A stretch of DNA of 12,939 nt from an uncultured Gammaproteobacteria bacterium (GTDB lineage Bacteria > Patescibacteriota > Patescibacteriia > UBA2591 > UBA6264), in the NCBI GenBank assembly GCA_964507075.1, contig CAZDOL010000001.1:1-12939 (forward strand). The letters run 5' to 3'. Below the pieces are notes generated by a model that saw nothing but the letters and a program-made list of their open reading frames with translations, ran no database searches and was not told where the DNA came from. The stretch's first letter is position 1. Every line of letters begins with the position of its first letter. Shown here one piece after another: positions 1-7,100 of the stretch. The translations under genes and the position numbers were made by a program.

Positions 1-365
1 TTTTCTCCTACTTTCATTCCTAGGGTCCCTTGGTCCCAACCTTGAATTACTTGGCCGATGCCTACTGTAAAAGTAAAGGGTTCACCTCTGTCAATACTGG
101 AATCAAATTTAGAGCCATCAGTTAATGTTCCAACATAATGAACACTGATAACGTCATTTGCGACAACCATTCTTTCTCCAGTACCTTCTTGAAGAATGTC
201 TACTTGTAATGTAGTAGTTTCAGCTTCCACTACAACTTGCTCCTCTACGTTTTCTTCGCTTTGAGCATCTATCTCTGTTTCTTGATTATTGGCTCCTTTA
301 ACACATCCACTAATCATAAGCGTGATTAAAATTACACCAATTAAACCTAATGCTTTTTTTGTCAT
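1..365 (-). CDS. FKBP-type peptidyl-prolyl cis-trans isomerase, predicted lipoprotein (3' end runs off the window)
   Basis: Absent from the supplied ORF track because it is open at the window edge. Hand translation of the minus strand from ATG at 365-363 gives [122 protein letters not shown]. The string VHY.G.L.DG..FDSS..RG.PF.F..G.G.VI.GWD.G..GM.VGE is the classic FKBP catalytic-domain signature. The N-terminus is a hydrophobic signal peptide ending in lipobox I-S-G-C (Cys21). Confidence 0.9.
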   Translation of the reverse strand, partial: MTKKALGLIGVILITLMISGCVKGANNQETEIDAQSEENVEEQVVVEAETTTLQVDILQEGTGERMVVANDVISVHYVGTLTDGSKFDSSIDRGEPFTFTVGIGQVIQGWDQGTLGMKVGE

Positions 366-390
366 AATCATTCAAATTAAATTATTATTT

Positions 391-396
391 ATTATA
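391..396 (-). promoter_or_regulatory. Candidate -10 box (TATAAT on minus strand) for the FKBP gene
   Basis: A perfect TATAAT on the minus strand lies 25 nt upstream of the ATG at 365. There is no convincing -35 at 16-18 nt spacing: TTGATA sits 25 nt away. The background is AT-rich, so a chance match is possible. Confidence 0.25.
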
Positions 397-450
397 TTTA
401 ATAATGACCTATTAAAAATCATATCAAAAAATAACCAAAAAGTAAAGAGT

Positions 451-489
451 AAAAAGAAAGCGGGACGATCGCTTAGTATGCGCCGTCCC
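451..489 (-). terminator. Rho-independent terminator downstream of the 116-aa gene
   Basis: On the minus strand, just after the TAA stop (500-498), the sequence reads GGGACG(16-nt loop)CGTCCC, with stem arms at 484-489 and 462-467. This is followed by GCTTTCTTTTT (A-run 451-459 on plus). The GC-rich 6-bp stem may extend through internal loop pairing. Confidence 0.55.
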
Positions 490-497
490 TTATAATG

Positions 498-848
498 TTA
501 TTCTTTGATTAGGAACCCACCAAAGAGCTCCTCGAATCTTTCCCGAGATTCTACCCCAGAAAGATCATACTTTTGGATTGCCTCATCAAGGCTACCCCAG
601 TTTCCTAATCCAATAACGGGAACTCCTGGAAGATATTTCCAAAACCATGGAAGTGCCTGAGGTCCTTGTAAAGGACGACCATCAACGCTGTAACCGGGGG
701 TACGAAAAGCGAGAAAAACTGCATCTGGCGACAATTTCGCAACTGCCTCCAAATCCTTTTCTTTTATGCTCTTCATTGTTATGACTTCTACTCCAGCCAC
801 AGCAACAAACCGCAAATCCCCCTTTGGATCTATAACTAAGATTCTCAT
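498..848 (-). CDS. Hypothetical cytoplasmic protein, 116 aa, family not recognised (weak motif-level resemblance to the C-terminal half of a ribulose-phosphate-binding TIM barrel such as TrpF)
   Basis: Intact ORF with ATG start and a perfect AAGGAGG SD 6 nt upstream, plus its own promoter and terminator. No signal peptide or TM segment. The C-terminal string PVIGLGNWGSLDEAIQKYDLSGVES loosely resembles the G-G-x phosphate loop and SSGVE motif of TrpF-type barrels, but the protein is only about half barrel length. Confidence 0.75.
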   Translation of the reverse strand: MRILVIDPKGDLRFVAVAGVEVITMKSIKEKDLEAVAKLSPDAVFLAFRTPGYSVDGRPLQGPQALPWFWKYLPGVPVIGLGNWGSLDEAIQKYDLSGVESRERFEELFGGFLIKE

Positions 849-854
849 GGAGAA

Positions 855-860
855 CCTCCT
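855..860 (-). promoter_or_regulatory. Shine-Dalgarno site (AGGAGG) of the 116-aa gene
   Basis: The minus strand reads GAAGAAGGAGGTTCTCC-ATG. The AGGAGG core is followed by a 6-nt spacer and then the ATG at 848. This is the strongest SD in the window. Confidence 0.8.
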
Positions 861-894
861 TCTTCGTGATTGTTATTTTTTGAAAGATATTAGT

Positions 895-922
895 ATTATT
901 ACAGATTTAACCAATTTGTCAA
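895..922 (-). promoter_or_regulatory. Sigma-70-type promoter for the 116-aa gene
   Basis: The minus strand has TTGACA (917-922), a 16-nt spacer, then TGtAATAAT. This is an extended -10 element, with the -10 hexamer at 895-900. The -35 lies inside short inverted repeats (CCAATTTG..CAAATTGA, 911-937) that could act as an operator. Confidence 0.5.
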
Positions 923-962
923 TAACAAATTGACCAATTCCCAAAAGACAAACCAAAAACAA

Positions 963-1033
963 ACCCGACGGGTCCACCGCAGATTCAACTTTGATGACTA
1001 ACCCGACGGGTTAGTCATGAAGGTTGGTCATGA
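963..1033. repeat. Palindromic-unit mosaic A (REP/BIME-like) downstream of the giant gene
   Basis: Contains the core ACCCGACGGGT at 963-973 and 1001-1011. A perfect 11-bp-stem hairpin ATGACTAACCC-GAC-GGGTTAGTCAT spans 994-1018. An extra right arm GGTTGGTCATGA lies at 1022-1033. Positions 963-1016 match 8673-8741 at 49 of 54 positions apart from a 15-nt indel. Confidence 0.75.
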
Positions 1034-1064
1034 AAAAAAACAAACCCGACGGGTTTGTTTTTTT
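1033..1064 (-). terminator. Bidirectional Rho-independent terminator ending the giant gene
   Basis: The sequence is AAAAAAAA-CAAACCC-GAC-GGGTTTG-TTTTTTT. A 7-bp GC-rich stem with a triloop has an A-run on one side and a T-run on the other, so the minus-strand transcript ends in a U-tract about 40 nt after the TGA stop. A smaller hairpin GGGGAC.GTCCCC at 1082-1094 lies between the stop and this terminator. The stem is itself a copy of the palindromic-unit core. Confidence 0.8.
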
Positions 1065-1102
1065 GTAGAAGCTCGGCAAGTGGGGACAGTCCCCTATTTG
1101 TC

Positions 1103-4100
1103 TCAAAAGCCTGCGATAATTACAGGGGTGATTAGACTTTCGGCTAAAATTGTAATCGCGTCAGCTATAGTATAGGTTTCTGTTATTGGAATAGTGAAAA
1201 TCTTCTGACCTTCATATTTATTACTAATTAAAGCACTCCATGAAGCAAATGGCTTTAACTCTCCATTGCTTACTAAATAAACAGCAGAAGAATCAGTATA
1301 TTTGACCAAACAACCATTGGGATGTGTATCAGCTGATGTAATTGCTGTTCCTAAAGGATACTCAAATTTATCTAACAAATCATCTGGAACCCAAGTAACT
1401 AATTCCCAATTAGAATCATCAAATAATTCCTGATAAATTTCTCCTGATTGAACTGGCCTTAAAGTAGCATCTTCAACATAGAAAACTGCTGAAGCTGATT
1501 GTCCATATAATGAAAGAGCAGTGCCCCTAAACATTGAACCATCCCTAAATGGCACAGCGTCACCTTCTGTGAAATTTGTCAAATCATTCTCCGTAACCGT
1601 CTTAACACTTGAAAAATCTTTTGAATAATTCCAAGAATTATAAACAGCTATATGAGGAAAGACATGTCGTTGACCATTTAAGATTAAATAAACAGCAGAA
1701 CTATAACCTATTTTAACTAAATCCTGATCAAAAATTAATACCTCAGCGCTCACACCCGTGAGTTCTTCTAAAATAATTGAATCGGAAACCAATGAAGATT
1801 GATTAGACGATGCATCCATATACTTTACATAAACAATCTTTTCTCCGTCGCCATCGCTTAAAACCCAACTCATAGAAGTGGCGTAATCCTGCCATACTGA
1901 CTGAGAAAAATCAGATGAATTGCTAATAATCATTTTCACAGCATCAACTGCCGATAAAGATAAGAAAACATTTCGCGAATCTGTTGTTAAGCCTCCATTA
2001 TTAATGGATATTGAGATATTAGTTGGTCCAACATAAGGAGCTGAACCACTAGTGGAAGTAGTACTTCCTGGTGTTCCGGCTGAAGCAATCGTAACTGTTT
2101 GAGGAATAATTGCGGCAAATGTGGTCAAATGATTAACGCTAGCCTTAAATTTAACTTCACTAATATTACTCATATCAGCTAACACAGCATCTACTTCCAC
2201 TATGGTATCTCCTGAATAATAAGTCATAGTGGTCGGGACATTAACCCAATTATTAGTTGAATTATCCCAATAACCCATGCTCATTTTTTTCTGTTCAGTT
2301 AAAGTATCAATTTCATCAACAGCCAAAGTGCTGGTTGTATATTCCATAGTAATCTCAATATCACCATTTAATTGGGTAATTGGATTACCATTCTCGTCTA
2401 AAGCAGTGATACTTTTACCCTTTCCTGATAAAGGCTTGGACGAAGTAGTTGAAGGAATACTATTTGTTTCAGACACACTAAACTGTCCTGAACTACTGCC
2501 ACTACCCAAGGCCTGAGGAGGAACAACAATGTTAATTCCCATACTGGTATTTTTAATGGTTCCACCAGCTGAAGGTGTTAATGGTTGTGAAATTGGATTT
2601 TTTAATTTAGCAGCACCAGTTAAAAGTGTCAGGCTAAAATTTTTGCCTGTAATATTACCAGAACTTGTATTTGCGGATAAAGCTGTTGCTTCTGCATAAC
2701 CCTTTGCCACTGCCTTAATAGACCATGTTCCTGAAGTAACTGATAAAATATAAGTTCCGTCTGGATCAGTTTCAGTTCCCGACCAACCACCGCCTGTCTT
2801 TTCCGCCCAAATACGAGCATTAGCAACGGGATTAGCGCCGTCAGTTACAGTGCCAATAATTGTCCTATCATTAGCCGTCAAACTAAAATTTATGGATGAT
2901 TGATTGGCTCCGTTAAGAACCACTTCCTGCGGAACCGAAATATAACCTGGTTTATCAACTCCCATTTTATAAGTACCATTAGGAGCGTTAAGCGAATACA
3001 TGCCGTCGGAATTTCCGTCGTTAGATGTTGCAACGCCAAAGTACTCTTTGGTAGAATCATTTTGCACCCAAACCCATGCGTCATTAACGCCAGTACCACC
3101 AACTTTAACTTGTCCGCTAATTGCATAAAGTGTTGGTAATGTAATAGTAATTGATTCATCGCCATTAACAGTTAATTGTTTAGTGCTTGCGCTATATCCA
3201 TCACTAGTAATGGTTATCGCATCAAAATTAACTCCAGGCATAAAAGCATTGATATAGTAAACTCCGTCTGGCAACTGAATCTTTCTTGATGTTTCGCCTG
3301 ATGGAATTTTCAGACCATTGCCTATGCCACTTGTGCTAAAGAAATCAACAAAACTATCTCCATTAACAGAACTATTTAAAGTAACTGTTATGGTTCTTGG
3401 CTGGGCTACTGTCAGGTTTTTGCCAGTTTCATCGCCATCAACCACAACCGTCAAAGAAGCTAAATTTCCAATTCCTGGGATAAACGCTTCTACTGTATAT
3501 GTAGCGTAAGGCAAATAATTAATTTTATAAGTTCCATCGCTACCCGTCTTGGTTTCATTTCCTCCGCCAGGTCCCCAAGCATGCACCATTATTCCGGAAT
3601 CATCAGATGTACCCGGAATATCAATAGTTCCCGATATAGAGCCCAAATCAGAAGACGGAGAAAAATTTTGACCAGTCAAACTCTCTGTACTAACTGTTAA
3701 GGTTTTTGAACCCAAATAACCATAGCTTGGAGCATTAGCCTCTAATTGCCAAGTACCCGCTCCAACATAGATTGTATAATTACCAGTACTATCTGTTCGT
3801 CCATCAGCATGTCCTGGACCATCAGTACGATGTGCCCAAACAGCCGCATTAGAAATAATATTTGTTCCATCAGTTACCCGACCAGTAATTGTATAATCTG
3901 GCTTAGCAACTTTTAATATAACATTAGTAGTAGCTGTTGGTGAGCCACTGGCATAAACTGCCGAACTCGTAACAACTACTGAAATCTCTTGACTGGAAGG
4001 CATACCAGGAAGGAATGCTCCCACAATATAACTGCCCTCGGCAACATTCAAAGTATAGGCTCCGTCTGATTTAGTTTTAGTATGAGAGCCCATACCTCCG

Positions 4101-7100
4101 CCATTCGGACTATTGGCAAAAACCTCAGCATTAGCTACTGCGTTAGCGCTGCCGTCAAGAACATGTCCTGTGATGGTTTTATCAGCGCTAGCAAAACTAA
4201 AACCAACCGTAGAAGGATTAGCAAGCCATGGACTGTTTGTCACCATAAGATTGGTTGGTTGTGAAGGTAGCCAGTCAATTTCTGGCATAGCGCTCATCAT
4301 TGGGCCTTTAGGCATAGCCGGTCCCATACCAACATTCCAGTCGCCAGTTTGTGGCAAATATAAAGTAATTGGATTAGCTGATGAATCAGCAATATGAGCT
4401 ATTAATTCCACGCGGGTTAAAGTTTTAACCACAAACCCTCTTGGGCTTCCGGCAAAAATATCAATACTGTCATTAAATCCAAGATTAGCAGGCGCGTTAT
4501 TAGTTACTGTCCCAGTAATGGTTACAGTAACTGTCGCTCCGTTATCAGATGACGCTTCTTGAACAGTGAAATTCTTGGTTTCACCTCCGCTAACATAAAT
4601 TGGCTCTGGCCAATCCTGTCCATAATAATCAGCGCTACCAACAGTAAACATTGGCTCTGTCCACATTTGATAATTGCCAGCAGGTAAATTTTCAAACTTA
4701 TATTCTCCCGCATTATTTCCAGCAACTAAATCAACAGCGCCGTTTAAGGAAGTGAGCGCTTCCATTGGTCCTGTCATAGGTGAACCCAAGAAAACTCTTA
4801 CTCCATTTAAACCAGTAACTCCTGTTTTAACTGTTCCAGAAATAGTGTTTGTTCCTGCTCCACTCAAAAAGAAAGGCATTGAAGTCATTGCCTCAATTAA
4901 AGCGCCAGAAGAATCTTTGGTTTGAATATTTACTTGATAACCGCTTGTTTCAAAACCTTTTGGTTCGCTTGAATTAATAATGCCATCAAGGTCAAGGCTT
5001 AAGAAATCCTTTGATTGAGTGGCAACTGATAATTTAATTATGACTTTTCTCGCGCCAACAGCTACGCCAATACCATCGTTAGGTGTCCCGCCTGCGGCAA
5101 CTCCAGTGCCAGTTGGATCAGCGCTTGCAAAAGTAACTGTGCCAGGTCCTGGTCCATTAAAATCAGCATTCATTGGACTATATTGGTCCTGCTTTGCTCC
5201 GCTTATATTAAAACCAGCTGGAAATTGAAGCTCAAGAGTCCCATTAGCTGGAATAGCTGTATTTATTGGAACATCAACAAAATATACACTTGTCGCGCCA
5301 GCCATTTGATTCATAGGCATAACATTGATTGGTTCCATTCCCATTGAGCCCATATTAAAATCCTCAAAACCCATTGAGCCCATATTAAACATTCCCTGTC
5401 CTCCTGCAAAATTAGCCCCGTCCATAACTACGCCACTCCATGACTTAAATCCTGTGGCAACGCCATTCCCAGACAAATCAGTAACGCCAGTTGAGACCTC
5501 AATATAAAAGCCATGTCCTGGGGTTAATGTTAAGCCGTCTACCATAACTTCATTATTCATTGATTCATAATGGAAATTCACACCTGATTGCAAATTCTGT
5601 TGAGTGCCTGCGCTTGCGTCGCATCCTGAAGTAACGCAAGTTTTTAATGTGTAATTTCCGCCACTTTCTGCGGTTGAAGTAACTAATGATTCGTCAAACT
5701 GAATAAACAACCCATAATTATCAGCGTCTGCCCAAACTACTTGCGGGTCAGTTGTATCAGCCGCGCCAGTAGTAAAGGTCTTAGAAACTGCTGTAATGGC
5801 TTGACCAGAAATACTTTTAACAGCAGTAGAAATGGCAAATGTATAACTTGTATTTGGAAGCAAAACAGTATTCGGCATAAATTTAATTGAATTTCCATCC
5901 ATAGCGTTATAATTAACCGTTCCACCTATATTCAAAGTATTATTTTTCTTTAAAGTAACATTAGTTGTGTTAACAGTTGCCGGATTTAATGTATTGTCAA
6001 AATTGGCTCTAATTTCAAAACCAGTTGGCACGCCAGTCATTAAACCGCCAGACATATAAGCATCTAAATTAGAACCAGTCAAACTAGCGTTAATTGTAAC
6101 ACTACCTGAACCAGTATTAAAAGATTCTTTAAATGATCCCATATTACCGAAGCCGAAGCCGAAGCCACCACCTTCTGGCATACCAGCTAATTGTTCATTA
6201 TTAGAATCTCGGACGTCACGAGTAACAATAACCCTGTATTCGCTGTTAGCTTCGTAAGTATAACCAGTAATGGTTGCACTTCTGTTATCAGCGCTTGGCG
6301 TTAAGGTTACGGTACCAGAAGGCAGGATTGCTGATTCACTACCGCTAACCATTTTCTTAATATAAATATTGTTGGCAAAGGTCGTCGTATCCATGGGTCT
6401 GTCAAAACCAACTATAATTGCGCTAACATTTGTGGGTACATCCCATGAATTAGGCATTGGATAATCTAAAAATGCCATTGGAGGAAAAGAACCTCCCATA
6501 TCACCAGTAAATTGATTGTCCATACCAGGCATCCATCCGCCCATCATACCACCCGGACCTCCACCATCTGGAGGGGCTGTATAATTTCCACCTCCAGAAC
6601 CAGTGGCAAAAGAAAAACTATAAACTAATTCTGTTGAGGTTAGGGCAGGCATAAAAGAATCAAGAGAAGTATTGGAAACTATTGTTTTCTTTACTGAAGC
6701 CGTATAATTCATGCTATCACTAAATCCACTTGTTGCGTTAAATGAAACAAAATATTCTGTATTGCCACTCCAAGAATGATTGCCAGAGCTCCATTGTCCA
6801 GTTACAGCCACCCCATCGCCGTCAACAATAGAAAAATTACTTGTTGAAGTGTTGGTTAATGGGAAACTTCCGCTGGGTTCAGTGTTAAAGAAAAAATCAA
6901 TTGGCGCAAATGATGGAACATTAACATCACCGTTCATTGGGCCATAGCCAACAATAGCTAAAGTTGTTGGAGCGACAATAGTGGTCTGGGAAGTAATATC
7001 ATTGCCAGCAGTTACAGAACCAGAATTAGGAGTAACTGTGACTATGCTATCAATTGCGCCAGTGGCTTTCACCACCACCACTCCTTCACCATTATTTAAA

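Noticed and set aside
289-495. Plus-strand 68-aa ORF
   Set aside because: It is antisense to the FKBP signal peptide and runs through the AT-rich promoter and terminator spacer. The peptide is low-complexity Ile/Lys/Asn with no SD.
498-848. Assignment of the 116-aa protein as a CheY-like receiver or V-type ATPase subunit F, based on the MRILVID... N-terminus and the RFVAVAGVEV pattern
   Set aside because: It lacks the receiver acidic pocket/Asp/Thr/Lys pattern, and no other V-ATPase genes are nearby. The resemblance is limited to a generic beta-strand start, so the gene is left as hypothetical.
955-1064. Possible CRISPR array, given repeated palindromic ~11-29-nt units
   Set aside because: There are only three units. 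Their arm lengths differ and their spacing is irregular (38 and 43 nt between cores). One copy is plainly a terminator. Related copies are dispersed at 8673, 8726 and 9595, and there are no cas genes. The pattern fits REP/BIME-like units instead.
1094-1105. Alternative genetic code (UGA recoding) affecting the giant ORF end
   Set aside because: All ORFs are long and intact under the standard code. The giant ORF stops at TGA (1105-1103) and an in-frame TAG follows three codons later, so recoding would add only three residues. There is no evidence for code 4 or 25.
1103-2100. Diversity-generating retroelement target at the C-terminus of the giant protein
   Set aside because: There is no reverse transcriptase, no template/variable repeat pair with A-specific mismatches and no C-type-lectin-like terminal motif in the window.
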